This document shows, piece after piece, positions 16,164 to 25,373 of a stretch of DNA of 32,000 nt (positions are counted from its first letter, which is position 1; every line of letters begins with the position of its first letter). The DNA lies in NCBI RefSeq assembly GCF_000179635.2, contig NC_014833.1, positions 30,001-62,000 of the forward strand, in the 5' to 3' direction. Both the position numbers and the translations under genes were made by a program. The notes under the pieces were generated by a model. The model did not search any database. It saw nothing but the letters and a program-made list of their open reading frames with translations, and was not told the origin of the DNA. Origin of the DNA: Ruminococcus albus 7 = DSM 20455 (GTDB lineage Bacteria; Bacillota; Clostridia; Oscillospirales; Ruminococcaceae).

Positions 16164-16258
16164 TCTCCAAATGAGACCGACCCATAAGGGTCTCAAAAAA
16201 CGAGGTTTTAGCAGGTCATGTCGGTGAAACCGACCAATAACCATAAGGAGGAAAAATC

Positions 16259-16897
16259 ATGCAGAAGGGAATCATCGGTAAGAAGATCGGTATGACACAG
16301 ATCTTCGATGAAGCAGGAAAGATCGTTCCTGTAACAGTTGTTGAAGCAGGTCCCTGCGTAGTTGTTCAGAAGAAGACTGTTGAAAAAGACGGTTATGAGG
16401 CTGTACAGCTGGGTTATGGCGAGATCAGAGCCAAGAGAGTAAATAAGCCTCTCCAGGGTCACTTCAAGAAGGCTGACGTTGCAATAAAGAGAACTCTTAA
16501 GGAGTTCAGACTGGCTGATATCTCAGCTGTCAACGTTGGCGACATCGTAAAGGCAGACGTATTCGCTGAGGGCGACGTTGTTGATGTCAGCGGCACCAGC
16601 AAGGGTCACGGTTTCAGTGGTACTATCAAGCGTCACAACGGCCACAGACTTAAGGAAACTCACGGTACAGGTCCTGTACACAGACATGCAGGTTCCTACG
16701 GCGCTTGCTCCGATCCTTCAAGGATCTACAAGGGCAAGAAGATGCCTGGTCAGTACGGTAACGTAAAGGTTACTGTTCAGAATCTGACAGTTGTAAAGGT
16801 TGACGCAGAAAATAATCTTATCGCTATCAAGGGCGCTATCCCCGGTCCTAAGAACGGAACAGTGACCATCTGCGACAGCGTTAAGAAGAAGGCTTAG
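16259..16897 (+). CDS. rplC: 50S ribosomal protein uL3
   Basis: [33 protein letters not shown] matches uL3. SD AAGGAGG lies upstream, and the position in the cluster fits. Confidence 0.97.
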   Translation: MQKGIIGKKIGMTQIFDEAGKIVPVTVVEAGPCVVVQKKTVEKDGYEAVQLGYGEIRAKRVNKPLQGHFKKADVAIKRTLKEFRLADISAVNVGDIVKADVFAEGDVVDVSGTSKGHGFSGTIKRHNGHRLKETHGTGPVHRHAGSYGACSDPSRIYKGKKMPGQYGNVKVTVQNLTVVKVDAENNLIAIKGAIPGPKNGTVTICDSVKKKA

Positions 16898-16914
16898 TGG
16901 AAGGAGGAGTTAAT

Positions 16915-17538
16915 ATGTCAAAAATCGCAGTAGTTGATATGACAGGCAACAAGGTAGCTGACACTGAGCTGAATGATGCTATATTCGGCATCGAGCCTAA
17001 TAAGGCACTTATGCACGCTATGGTAGTGAATTTCCTGGCTAACCAGAGACAGGGCACACAGTCCACCCTCACCAGAACAGAGGTACAGGGCGGCGGCAGA
17101 AAGCCCTGGAGACAGAAGGGTACCGGCCACGCAAGACAGGGCTCCATCAGAGCTCCTCAGTGGGTACACGGCGGTATCGCTCTTGGTCCTAAGCCCAGAG
17201 ATTACAGCTATTCTCTGAATAAAAAGGAGAAGAGACTGGCTATGAAGTCTGCTTTCTCCACCAAGGTCATCGACAACAACCTGATCGTTGTTAATGAGAT
17301 CGAGACCAAGGAGTATAAGACCAAGGTTATGGTCGATATGCTCAAGGCAATCGGCGCTCAGGGCAAGGCTCTCATCGTAACTGCTGATGTTGATGCAAAG
17401 GTAGTTAAGAGCGCTGCAAACATTCCCGGTGTCAAGACAGCTACCGTAAACACACTGAACGTTTACGATATCCTGAACTACGATAAGTTCATCGTATCTT
17501 CGGAGGCTGTAAAGAAGATCGAGGAGGTATACGCTTAA
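16915..17538 (+). CDS. rplD: 50S ribosomal protein uL4
   Basis: ATG 16915 follows GGAGGAG. The motif ...[25 protein letters not shown] is uL4. The track start GTG 16897 overlaps the rplC stop and is rejected. Confidence 0.96.
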   Translation: MSKIAVVDMTGNKVADTELNDAIFGIEPNKALMHAMVVNFLANQRQGTQSTLTRTEVQGGGRKPWRQKGTGHARQGSIRAPQWVHGGIALGPKPRDYSYSLNKKEKRLAMKSAFSTKVIDNNLIVVNEIETKEYKTKVMVDMLKAIGAQGKALIVTADVDAKVVKSAANIPGVKTATVNTLNVYDILNYDKFIVSSEAVKKIEEVYA

Positions 17539-17828
17539 TGAAAAATGCTCACGATATTATCATAAAGCCTATCATCACCGAGGACTCTATGGACAGACTC
17601 GCTGATAAAAAGTACACCTTCCAGGTTGCCAAGGACGCTAACAAGATCGAGATAGCTAAGGCTATCGAGGAGATCTTCGATGTAAAAGTTGCTAAGGTAA
17701 ACACCATCAGCGTTAAGGGCAAGGAGAAGAGAATGGGCAGATACACAGGTTTCCGCCCTGACTGGAAAAAGGCTATCGTTACTCTTGAGGGCGAAAAGAC
17801 CATCGAATTCTTCGACGGTATGTACTAA
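17538..17828 (+). CDS. rplW: 50S ribosomal protein uL23
   Basis: The start overlaps the rplD stop (TAATG). ...[32 protein letters not shown]... is typical of uL23. Confidence 0.97.
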   Translation: MKNAHDIIIKPIITEDSMDRLADKKYTFQVAKDANKIEIAKAIEEIFDVKVAKVNTISVKGKEKRMGRYTGFRPDWKKAIVTLEGEKTIEFFDGMY

Positions 17829-18049
17829 TTTCCCCTGAAACGAACGGCAGGTGAGAACCTGTCGGGAGACTTCGGAAAAGCTCATATTCAAGAGTTCCCG
17901 CTGAAATCCGCAAACACCGAGGACCAGGCGGAAAGGCTTTGCGAGGCGGCGAGGACCGCTTTTGATACGACCGCAAAGCGTAGGTATGGAAGGGTGCTTG
18001 GCGTAATGCTTTGACCTTTTCGCAAAACCATATTAAGGAGTGAATTATA
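17829..18049 (+). other. Anomalous 221-nt structured, repeat-containing spacer between rplW and rplB (candidate cis-regulatory or embedded RNA)
   Basis: It has no SD plus start-codon ORF. By hand count it is about half G+C. Hairpins lie at 17845-17864, 17907-17932 and 17936-17979 (8 bp perfect GCTTTGCG/CGCAAAGC). The module TTCCCnCTGAAA is duplicated, and the 8-mer CGAGGACC occurs twice. Confidence 0.35.
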
Positions 18050-18883
18050 ATGGCAATAAAGACTTACAAGCCCACGACTCCCGGTAGAAGAGGCATGACT
18101 GTCATCGACTATTCCGGTCTGTCTAAGGTTGAGCCTTGCAAGTCCCTTCTCGAACCTCTGAAGAAGAATTCGGGAAGAAACAGCTACGGTAGAATCACTG
18201 TTCGTCACAGAGGCGGCGGAGTAAGAAGAAAATACCGTGTAATTGATTTTAAGAGAAACAAGCTCGATATGAACGCTACTGTTCAGACCATCGAGTACGA
18301 TCCTAACAGATCTGCATTCATCGCACTCGTTCAGTACGAGGATGGCGAGAAGAGATACATCATCGCACCTAACGGTCTTGCTGTTGGCGATGTTATCAGA
18401 GCAGGCGCTGGTGCTGATATCAAGCCCGGTAACGCTCTGACACTGGCAGATATCCCTGTTGGTACCTTCATCCACAACATTGAGCTGTATCCCGGCAAGG
18501 GCGCTCAGCTGGTTCGTTCCGCTGGTAACATGGCTCAGCTGATGGGCAGAGAAGGCGCTTACGCTCTCGTAAGACTTCCTTCAGGCGAAATGAGAAAGAT
18601 ATCTGTTAACTGCATGGCTACAATCGGTCAGGTAGGTAACATCGACCACTCTAACGTAAACATCGGTAAGGCAGGTAGAAAGCGCCACATGGGCTGGAGA
18701 CCTACCGTAAGAGGTTCCGTAATGAACCCCTGCGATCACCCTCACGGTGGTGGTGAAGGTAAGTCACCTGTTGGTAGACCTTCCCCTGTTACCCCTTGGG
18801 GTAAGCCTACTCTGGGTTACAAGACCAGAGCTAAGCACGCTCGTTCCGATAAGTTTATCGTAAAGCGCAGAAACGGCAAGTAA
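18050..18883 (+). CDS. rplB: 50S ribosomal protein uL2
   Basis: [18 protein letters not shown]... and ...[22 protein letters not shown] match uL2. SD AAGGAG lies upstream. Confidence 0.98.
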   Translation: MAIKTYKPTTPGRRGMTVIDYSGLSKVEPCKSLLEPLKKNSGRNSYGRITVRHRGGGVRRKYRVIDFKRNKLDMNATVQTIEYDPNRSAFIALVQYEDGEKRYIIAPNGLAVGDVIRAGAGADIKPGNALTLADIPVGTFIHNIELYPGKGAQLVRSAGNMAQLMGREGAYALVRLPSGEMRKISVNCMATIGQVGNIDHSNVNIGKAGRKRHMGWRPTVRGSVMNPCDHPHGGGEGKSPVGRPSPVTPWGKPTLGYKTRAKHARSDKFIVKRRNGK

Positions 18884-18905
18884 CCTGAAAGGAGGACGAT
18901 GATAA

Positions 18906-19190
18906 ATGGGCAGAAGTGTTAAGAAGGGTCCTTACGTTCAGGAGGCTCTTTATAAGAGAGTAGTTGCAATGAACGAAGCAGGCGAGAAGAAAGTCCTCAA
19001 GACATGGAGCAGAGCTTCCACGATCTTCCCTGACTTCGTAGGTCATACATTCGCAGTACACGACGGCAGAAAGCACGTGCCTGTATATGTAACCGAGGAT
19101 ATGGTAGGCCACAAGCTTGGTGAGTTCGCTCCCACAAGGACCTACAAGGGCCACGCAGGCTCCAAGACCTCGAACAACGGTAAGAAATAA
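18906..19190 (+). CDS. rpsS: 30S ribosomal protein uS19
   Basis: [11 protein letters not shown]... and ...[32 protein letters not shown] match uS19. Confidence 0.98.
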   Translation: MGRSVKKGPYVQEALYKRVVAMNEAGEKKVLKTWSRASTIFPDFVGHTFAVHDGRKHVPVYVTEDMVGHKLGEFAPTRTYKGHAGSKTSNNGKK

Positions 19191-19206
19191 TTAAGGAGGA
19201 TCAGAC

Positions 19207-19542
19207 ATGGAAGCAAAGGCTATACTGAGAACAGCTCGCATTGCTCCTCGTAAGGTACAGATCGTCCTTGATCTTATCAGAGGTAAGGATTACGAAATAG
19301 CAATGGCTACTGTTAAGAATACACCAAAGGCTGCAAGTGAATATCTGGAGAAGCTCCTCAAGTCCGCAGCAGCAAACGCAGAGAACAATCACAACATGGA
19401 TAAGAACAATCTTTATGTTGCTGAGTGCTACGTTTGCCCCGGACCTATCATGAAGAGGATCATGCCCAGAGCTCAGGGCAGAGCATACAGAATTCTGAAG
19501 AGAACATCACACATCACTGTTGTTCTCAAGGAAAAGGATTAA
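19207..19542 (+). CDS. rplV: 50S ribosomal protein uL22
   Basis: [27 protein letters not shown]... matches uL22. SD AAGGAGG lies upstream. Confidence 0.97.
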   Translation: MEAKAILRTARIAPRKVQIVLDLIRGKDYEIAMATVKNTPKAASEYLEKLLKSAAANAENNHNMDKNNLYVAECYVCPGPIMKRIMPRAQGRAYRILKRTSHITVVLKEKD

Positions 19543-19562
19543 GCTGAAAGAGGAGGTAAACT

Positions 19563-20381
19563 ATGGGCCAGAAAGTTAATCCGCACGGACTCAGAGTCGG
19601 TGTGATAAAGAATTGGGATTCCCGCTGGTTTGCAGATAAGAGCACTTTCGGCGACACTCTGGTTGAGGACTACAACATTCGTAAGGATATTATGAAGGAC
19701 CTCAACAGAAGATCCAAGAACCCCGCTGACAAGTGCGTTTACGCAGGCGTTCCCAAGGTTGAGATCGAGCGTTTTACCGGTAAGGACGGCGCTCAGAAGG
19801 TTAGAATACACATTTACTGCGCTAAGCCCGGTATGGTAATCGGTAAGGGCGGCGCTGAGATCGATAAGCTCCGCGAGAGCATCGAGAAGAAGATCGGCAA
19901 GAGCGTTGCTATCAACATCGTTGAGGTTAAGAACCCCGACATCAACGCACAGCTGGTCGCTGAGAAGATCGCTCATGACCTGGAGGACAGAATCTCCTTC
20001 AGAAGAGCTATGAAGCAGTCTATCGGCAGAGCAATGAAGCTGGGCGCTAAGGGTATCAAGGTAAAGGTAAGCGGTAGACTTGCCGGTGCCGAGATAGCTA
20101 GAAGCGAGAGCTACCACGAGGGTACTATCCCGCTGCAGACCATCAGAGCAGACATCGACTACGGTACTGCTGAGGCTCACACAACTTATGGTCGTCTGGG
20201 CATCAAGGTATGGATCTACAGAGGCGAAGTTCTCAAGGGTGAGATCGCTGCCAGCGACAGACGCGACGTTTCAGACAAGAACGACAAGAAGCGCAGACCC
20301 CGCAGAGATGACAGGTCTAAGGATAACCGCAGAGACTTCAACAAGGCTCGCGGTATGAAAAGAGAAGGAGGTAACGCATAA
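19563..20381 (+). CDS. rpsC: 30S ribosomal protein uS3 with an extended charged C-terminal tail
   Basis: [24 protein letters not shown], a KH domain and ...[12 protein letters not shown] match uS3. These are followed by about 45 extra Arg/Asp/Lys-rich residues. Confidence 0.97.
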   Translation: MGQKVNPHGLRVGVIKNWDSRWFADKSTFGDTLVEDYNIRKDIMKDLNRRSKNPADKCVYAGVPKVEIERFTGKDGAQKVRIHIYCAKPGMVIGKGGAEIDKLRESIEKKIGKSVAINIVEVKNPDINAQLVAEKIAHDLEDRISFRRAMKQSIGRAMKLGAKGIKVKVSGRLAGAEIARSESYHEGTIPLQTIRADIDYGTAEAHTTYGRLGIKVWIYRGEVLKGEIAASDRRDVSDKNDKKRRPRRDDRSKDNRRDFNKARGMKREGGNA

Positions 20382-20803
20382 TGCTGCTTCCAAAGAGAGT
20401 TAAGTTCAGAAAACAGCACAGAGGTCGTATGACCGGTAAGGCACTGAGAGGAAACAAGGTTTCCTACGGTGATTTCGGTCTTCAGGCTCTTGAGCCCGCA
20501 TGGATCACCTCTAACCAGATCGAGGCTGCCCGTATCGCTATGACAAGATACATCAAGAGAGGCGGTCAGGTTTGGATCAAGATATTCCCTGACAAGCCTG
20601 CAACAAGAAAGCCCCTTGGTACCCGAATGGGTAAAGGTAAGGGCGCTCCCGAGTACTGGGTAGCTGTTGTTAAGCCGGGCAGAGTAATGTTCGAGATAGC
20701 AGGTGTTCCCGAGGAGACTGCTAGAGAGGCTATGAGACTCGCTATGCACAAGCTCCCTATCAAGTGTAAGTTTATAGTAAAAGAAACGGGTGGTGAGCAG
20801 TAA
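20381..20803 (+). CDS. rplP: 50S ribosomal protein uL16
   Basis: [17 protein letters not shown] matches uL16. The start overlaps the rpsC stop (TAATG). Confidence 0.98.
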   Translation: MLLPKRVKFRKQHRGRMTGKALRGNKVSYGDFGLQALEPAWITSNQIEAARIAMTRYIKRGGQVWIKIFPDKPATRKPLGTRMGKGKGAPEYWVAVVKPGRVMFEIAGVPEETAREAMRLAMHKLPIKCKFIVKETGGEQ

Positions 20804-21000
20804 TGAAGGCTAATGAGATCAAGGAAATGACCGCAGACGAGCTTAACACCAAGCTCGCTGAGCTTAAAGAAGAGCTGTTCAATCTTCGTTTCCAGCACGC
20901 TGTGAACCAGCTGGAGAATCCCAAGAGACTTCAGGCTGTGAAGAAGGACATTGCTCGTGTTAAGACATTCATTCGTAAGCATGAGTCCGAAGCTCAGTAA
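20803..21000 (+). CDS. rpmC: 50S ribosomal protein uL29
   Basis: ...[29 protein letters not shown]... matches uL29. The start overlaps the rplP stop. Confidence 0.96.
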   Translation: MKANEIKEMTADELNTKLAELKEELFNLRFQHAVNQLENPKRLQAVKKDIARVKTFIRKHESEAQ

Positions 21001-21018
21001 TAAAGGAGGAGGATCACT

Positions 21019-21276
21019 GTGAGCGAAAGAAATCTGAGAAAAACCAGAGTCGGTACTGTTGTATCGAATAAGATGGATAAGACTATCGTAGTTGCCATCA
21101 AGGATAACGTTCAGCACCCTCTGTATAAGAAGATAATCAAGAAGACTGTTAAGCTGAAGGCACACGACGAAAACAACGAGTGCGGTATCGGCGATACAGT
21201 AAAGGTAATGGAGACAAGACCTCTTTCCAAGGATAAGAGATGGAGACTTGTCAACATCATCGAAAAGGCTAAGTAA
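21019..21276 (+). CDS. rpsQ: 30S ribosomal protein uS17
   Basis: GTG start after AAAGGAGGAGG. ...[21 protein letters not shown]...[29 protein letters not shown] matches uS17. Confidence 0.96.
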   Translation: MSERNLRKTRVGTVVSNKMDKTIVVAIKDNVQHPLYKKIIKKTVKLKAHDENNECGIGDTVKVMETRPLSKDKRWRLVNIIEKAK

Positions 21277-21367
21277 TTTATATATGAGTGCAAGGTACTT
21301 TGGCAGAGCGTAAAATCGCTTCTGCCGCGGTACTGAGTCCCAGTGATTTGAAAGGAGGAGCGCTTCA

Positions 21368-21736
21368 ATGGTACAGATGCAGACTTACCTGAAGGTTGCA
21401 GATAACTCCGGTGCTAAGGAGCTTATGTGCATCCGTGTTCTCGGCGGTACGAGAAGAAAGTATGCTAACATCGGTGACGTTGTAGTTTGTTCTGTTAAAA
21501 AAGCAACACCAGGCGGAGTTGTTAAGAAGGGCGATGTAGTCAAGGCTGTCATCGTTCGTTCAGCAAAGGGTCTGAGAAGAGCGGACGGTACTTATATCCG
21601 CTTCGATGAGAACGCTGCTGTAATAATAAAGGAAGATAAGAATCCCAGAGGTACACGTATATTTGGACCTGTGGCTAAGGAACTGAGAGATAAGGATTAT
21701 ATGAAGATCCTGTCCCTGGCTCCCGAAGTTCTGTAA
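21368..21736 (+). CDS. rplN: 50S ribosomal protein uL14
   Basis: ...[20 protein letters not shown]... matches uL14. SD AAAGGAGGAG lies upstream. Confidence 0.98.
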   Translation: MVQMQTYLKVADNSGAKELMCIRVLGGTRRKYANIGDVVVCSVKKATPGGVVKKGDVVKAVIVRSAKGLRRADGTYIRFDENAAVIIKEDKNPRGTRIFGPVAKELRDKDYMKILSLAPEVL

Positions 21737-21752
21737 TGGAGGTGTCGTTGAA

Positions 21753-22070
21753 ATGAATAAGGTACACGTTAAAACCGGCGACACAGTCGTTATCCTGTCC
21801 GGTAAGGACAAGGGCAAGCAGGGTAAGGTACTTCAGGTATCACCCAAGGAAGGCAAAGTCATCGTTGAGGGTCTGAACGTTGCAAGAAAGCACGTAAAGC
21901 CCAGAAGCGCACAGCAGCAGGGCGGTATCGTTGATGCTGAGGCTGCAATGTATGCTTCAAAGGTAATGGCTGTTTGCCCTAAGTGCGGCAAGCCTACCAG
22001 AGTTGCTCACAAGTTCCTGGAAGATGGAACTAAGGTAAGAGTTTGCAAGAGCTGCGGCGAAGAATTCTAA
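21753..22070 (+). CDS. rplX: 50S ribosomal protein uL24 (variant carrying four Cys in CxxC...CxxC arrangement)
   Basis: The KOW motif [18 protein letters not shown] matches uL24. The C-terminus reads [29 protein letters not shown]. Confidence 0.96.
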   Translation: MNKVHVKTGDTVVILSGKDKGKQGKVLQVSPKEGKVIVEGLNVARKHVKPRSAQQQGGIVDAEAAMYASKVMAVCPKCGKPTRVAHKFLEDGTKVRVCKSCGEEF

Positions 22071-22086
22071 GAAGGAGGAGTTAAAC

Positions 22087-22632
22087 ATGGCTGCAAGACT
22101 TAAAGAACAGTATGTTAGCACAGTAGCTCCTGAACTGATGAAGAAATTCGGCTACGCTAACGTAATGCAGATCCCTAAGCTGGATAAGGTAGTTATCAAC
22201 GTCGGCTGCGGCGCTGATAAGGATAATAAGAAGGTCATCGATGCTATCATGACCGATCTGGCTGCTATCACCGGTCAGAAGCCCATCGTTTGTAAGGCAA
22301 AGAAGAGCGTTGCTAACTTCAAGCTGAGAGATGGTCAGGTAATCGGTGTTAAGGTTACACTGAGAGCGGATAAGATGTATGAATTCGTTGACAGACTTTT
22401 CAACGTAGCATTCCCCCGCGTAAGAGATTTCAGAGGTATCAACCCCAATTCCTTCGACGGCAGAGGCAACTACTCCACCGGTCTGAAGGAGCAGCTGATC
22501 TTCCCTGAGATCGAGTATGATAAGATCGACAAGGTAAGAGGTATGGATATCAACTTTATCACTACCGCAAAGACCGACGAAGAAGGCAAGGAGCTGCTCA
22601 GACTCATGGGCGCACCTTTCGCTGAGAAGTAA
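22087..22632 (+). CDS. rplE: 50S ribosomal protein uL5
   Basis: [40 protein letters not shown]... matches uL5. Confidence 0.97.
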   Translation: MAARLKEQYVSTVAPELMKKFGYANVMQIPKLDKVVINVGCGADKDNKKVIDAIMTDLAAITGQKPIVCKAKKSVANFKLRDGQVIGVKVTLRADKMYEFVDRLFNVAFPRVRDFRGINPNSFDGRGNYSTGLKEQLIFPEIEYDKIDKVRGMDINFITTAKTDEEGKELLRLMGAPFAEK

Positions 22633-22649
22633 TGAGGAGGATACGATAA

Positions 22650-22835
22650 ATGGCAAAGAAGGCTATGATAAACAAGCAGCAGGCTGCTCCTAAGTATTCC
22701 ACTCGTGCTTATAACAGATGCAAGATCTGCGGCAGACCCCATGCATATCTGAGAAAGTTCGGCGTATGCCGTATCTGCTTCAGAGAGCTGGCTCATGACG
22801 GTCAGATCCCCGGCGTTAAGAAGGCAAGTTGGTAA
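22650..22835 (+). CDS. rpsN: 30S ribosomal protein uS14, short zinc-binding type Z (61 aa)
   Basis: ...[39 protein letters not shown] carries CxxC...CxxC, and the 61-aa length fits type Z. Confidence 0.97.
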   Translation: MAKKAMINKQQAAPKYSTRAYNRCKICGRPHAYLRKFGVCRICFRELAHDGQIPGVKKASW

Positions 22836-22851
22836 GAAGGAGGTAGGCACA

Positions 22852-23250
22852 ATGCAGATTACAGATACTATTGCAGATCTGTTAACAAGAATACGCAATG
22901 CTAGCACTGCTAAGCATGCGACTGTCGATGTACCTGCATCTAACATGAAGAAGTCTATCACACAGATCCTCGTAGATGAGGGCTATGTAAAGAACTTCAC
23001 CGTTATAGAAGACGGCAAGCAGGGTATCATCAGGATCACTCTCAAGTATGATGACAATAGAAATTCAGTAATAACAGGGCTGAGAAGAGTTTCAAAGCCC
23101 GGTCTGAGGATCTACGCAAGCTGTGAGGATATGCCTAAGGTAATCAAGGGCATGGGTATCGCTATAGTATCCACCTCTAAGGGCGTAATCACCGACAAGA
23201 AGGCAAGAGAGCTGAATGTCGGCGGCGAAGTCCTCGCATTTGTATGGTAA
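22852..23250 (+). CDS. rpsH: 30S ribosomal protein uS8
   Basis: ATG 22852 follows [25 protein letters not shown] matches uS8. The track start at 22795 lies inside rpsN and is rejected. Confidence 0.97.
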   Translation: MQITDTIADLLTRIRNASTAKHATVDVPASNMKKSITQILVDEGYVKNFTVIEDGKQGIIRITLKYDDNRNSVITGLRRVSKPGLRIYASCEDMPKVIKGMGIAIVSTSKGVITDKKARELNVGGEVLAFVW

Positions 23251-23266
23251 TAAGGAGGGCTGAGAA

Positions 23267-23818
23267 ATGTCAAGAATAGGATTGAAGCCCATTACTGTTC
23301 CCGCAGGTGTAGAGGTAAAGGTTGCTGATGGCAACGTTGTTACAGCTAAGGGTCCCAAGGGCACACTTACAAAAACATTCCACAAGGATATGATAATAAA
23401 GGTAGACGGCAGCACAGTAACTGTTGAGCGTCCTTCCGAGGATAAGCTCCACAAGAGTCTGCACGGTCTGACCAGAACACTCGTAAACAACATGGTTGAG
23501 GGTGTTTCCAATGGATTCTCTAAGAAGCTCGAGATCGTTGGTGTTGGTTACAGAGCACAGAAGCAGGGCAAGAACCTGGTAATGAACCTGGGCTTCTCTC
23601 ATCAGGTTATCTTTGAAGAGACTGACACTATCAAGATCGAAGTTCCCGATCCCAACCACATCGTTGTATCGGGCTGCGACAAGCAGGAAGTTGGTCAGTT
23701 TGCTTGTGAGATCCGCGAAAAGCGTCCCCCCGAGCCTTACAAGGGTAAAGGTATCCGCTATGAAGGCGAGTACATTATCCGCAAGGAAGGTAAGGCAGGT
23801 AAAGGCGCTAAGAAGTAA
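23267..23818 (+). CDS. rplF: 50S ribosomal protein uL6
   Basis: [19 protein letters not shown]... matches uL6. Confidence 0.97.
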   Translation: MSRIGLKPITVPAGVEVKVADGNVVTAKGPKGTLTKTFHKDMIIKVDGSTVTVERPSEDKLHKSLHGLTRTLVNNMVEGVSNGFSKKLEIVGVGYRAQKQGKNLVMNLGFSHQVIFEETDTIKIEVPDPNHIVVSGCDKQEVGQFACEIREKRPPEPYKGKGIRYEGEYIIRKEGKAGKGAKK

Positions 23819-23836
23819 TAAAAGGAGAGAATCACT

Positions 23837-24196
23837 ATGGTTAAAAAGCTTGACAGAGCTAAGGCTAGAATCAAGAGACATCAGAGGATCCGCAACAAGA
23901 TCAGCGGTACTCCCGAATGCCCTCGCCTCAACGTATTCCGCTCCTCTAAGCATATATATGCACAGATCATCGACGATGTTAACGGCGTAACACTGGCTTC
24001 CGCTTCCTCTATGAGCAAGGGCTTTGAGGGCAACGGCGGCAACAAGGAAGGTGCACGCAAGGTCGGCGAGATGATCGCAGAAGCTGCTAAGGCAAAGGGA
24101 ATTGAAAATGTCGTATTCGACAGAGGCGGTTTCCTTTATCACGGCCGTGTGCAGGAGCTTGCAGACGGTGCCCGTGAAGGCGGACTTAAATTCTAA
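23837..24196 (+). CDS. rplR: 50S ribosomal protein uL18
   Basis: ...[41 protein letters not shown]... matches uL18. Confidence 0.97.
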   Translation: MVKKLDRAKARIKRHQRIRNKISGTPECPRLNVFRSSKHIYAQIIDDVNGVTLASASSMSKGFEGNGGNKEGARKVGEMIAEAAKAKGIENVVFDRGGFLYHGRVQELADGAREGGLKF

Positions 24197-24214
24197 GGAA
24201 GAGGAGGAAATACA

Positions 24215-24718
24215 ATGGCTTTAATAGATGCTTCAAAGATCGAAGAGCTGCAGGAAAAGGTCGTAGCAATAAACAGAGTATCCAAGACTGTTAAGGGCGG
24301 CCGTATCATGAAGTTCTCCGCACTTGTAGTAGTTGGCGACGGCAACGGTATCGTTGGCTTCGGCATCGGTAAGTCGGGCGAAGTTCCCGACGCTATCAGA
24401 AAGGCTATTCAGGATGCTAAGAAGAACCTGGTAAAGATCTCCCTGAAGGGTACAACCATTCCTCACGAGATCGTAGGTAAGTTCGGCGCAGGCGAGGTTC
24501 TCCTCAAGCCCGCCGCTCCCGGTACAGGTATCATCGCAGGCGGCACTGTGAGAGCAGTGGTTGAAGCAGCCGGCATAAGAGATATAAGAGCAAAGTCGCT
24601 TCGCTCTAACAATCCTTACAACGCAGTAAGAGCTACAATCAACGGTCTGACCAGCGTAAGAAGCGCTGAGGCGATCGCTGAACTGAGAGGCAAGACTGTT
24701 AAGGAAATATTTGAATAA
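24215..24718 (+). CDS. rpsE: 30S ribosomal protein uS5
   Basis: ...[49 protein letters not shown]... matches uS5. Confidence 0.97.
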   Translation: MALIDASKIEELQEKVVAINRVSKTVKGGRIMKFSALVVVGDGNGIVGFGIGKSGEVPDAIRKAIQDAKKNLVKISLKGTTIPHEIVGKFGAGEVLLKPAAPGTGIIAGGTVRAVVEAAGIRDIRAKSLRSNNPYNAVRATINGLTSVRSAEAIAELRGKTVKEIFE

Positions 24719-24732
24719 GGAGGATAAACAGT

Positions 24733-24912
24733 ATGGCAAACCTGAAAATTCAGCTGACTAAGAGCCTGAGCGGCAGAAGCGAGAAGCAGATCGCCACTGC
24801 AAATTCTCTTGGTCTGAGAAAAATCGGGGATACGACCGAGCAGCCCGACAACGCTTGTACACAGGGCAAGATCAAGCTGGTATCCCACCTTATTAAAGTA
24901 ACCGAAGCGTAA
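24733..24912 (+). CDS. rpmD: 50S ribosomal protein uL30 (59 aa)
   Basis: Hand-translated because it is below the track cutoff: MANLKIQLTKSLSGRSEKQIATANSLGLRKIGDTTEQPDNACTQGKIKLVSHLIKVTEA. SD AAGGAGG lies upstream, and the slot between rpsE and rplO is the expected one. Confidence 0.9.
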   Translation: MANLKIQLTKSLSGRSEKQIATANSLGLRKIGDTTEQPDNACTQGKIKLVSHLIKVTEA

Positions 24913-24930
24913 GCAGGGAGGTGCGACAAC

Positions 24931-25371
24931 ATGAAGCTTCACGAATTATCACCTAATCCCGGCGCTGTAAGAGACGTTAAGCGTGTGGGCAGAGGTCACG
25001 GTTCAGGAAACGGTAAGACTGCAGGTAAGGGTCACAAGGGCCAGAAGGCAAGATCCGGCGGCAGCATCAGACCCGGCTTCGAGGGTGGTCAGACCGCTCT
25101 TGCAAGAAGAATTCCTAAGCGTGGATTCAATAATATATTCGCTACCAAGTATGCGATCATCAATGTTTCCGATCTTGACAAGTTTGTTGACGGTACAGTA
25201 GTTGATACTGAGCTGCTCAAGGCATCTGGCATCATCAAGAAGGAAATGGATGGAATAAAGGTTCTCGGAAACGGAGAGCTCACCAAAAACCTTACCGTCA
25301 AGGCTGCTAAGTTCTCAGCAGCAGCTAAGGAGAAAATCGAAAAGGCAGGCGGGAAGGCTGAGGTGATGTAA
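24931..25371 (+). CDS. rplO: 50S ribosomal protein uL15
   Basis: [44 protein letters not shown] matches uL15. Confidence 0.97.
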   Translation: MKLHELSPNPGAVRDVKRVGRGHGSGNGKTAGKGHKGQKARSGGSIRPGFEGGQTALARRIPKRGFNNIFATKYAIINVSDLDKFVDGTVVDTELLKASGIIKKEMDGIKVLGNGELTKNLTVKAAKFSAAAKEKIEKAGGKAEVM

Positions 25372-25373
25372 TT

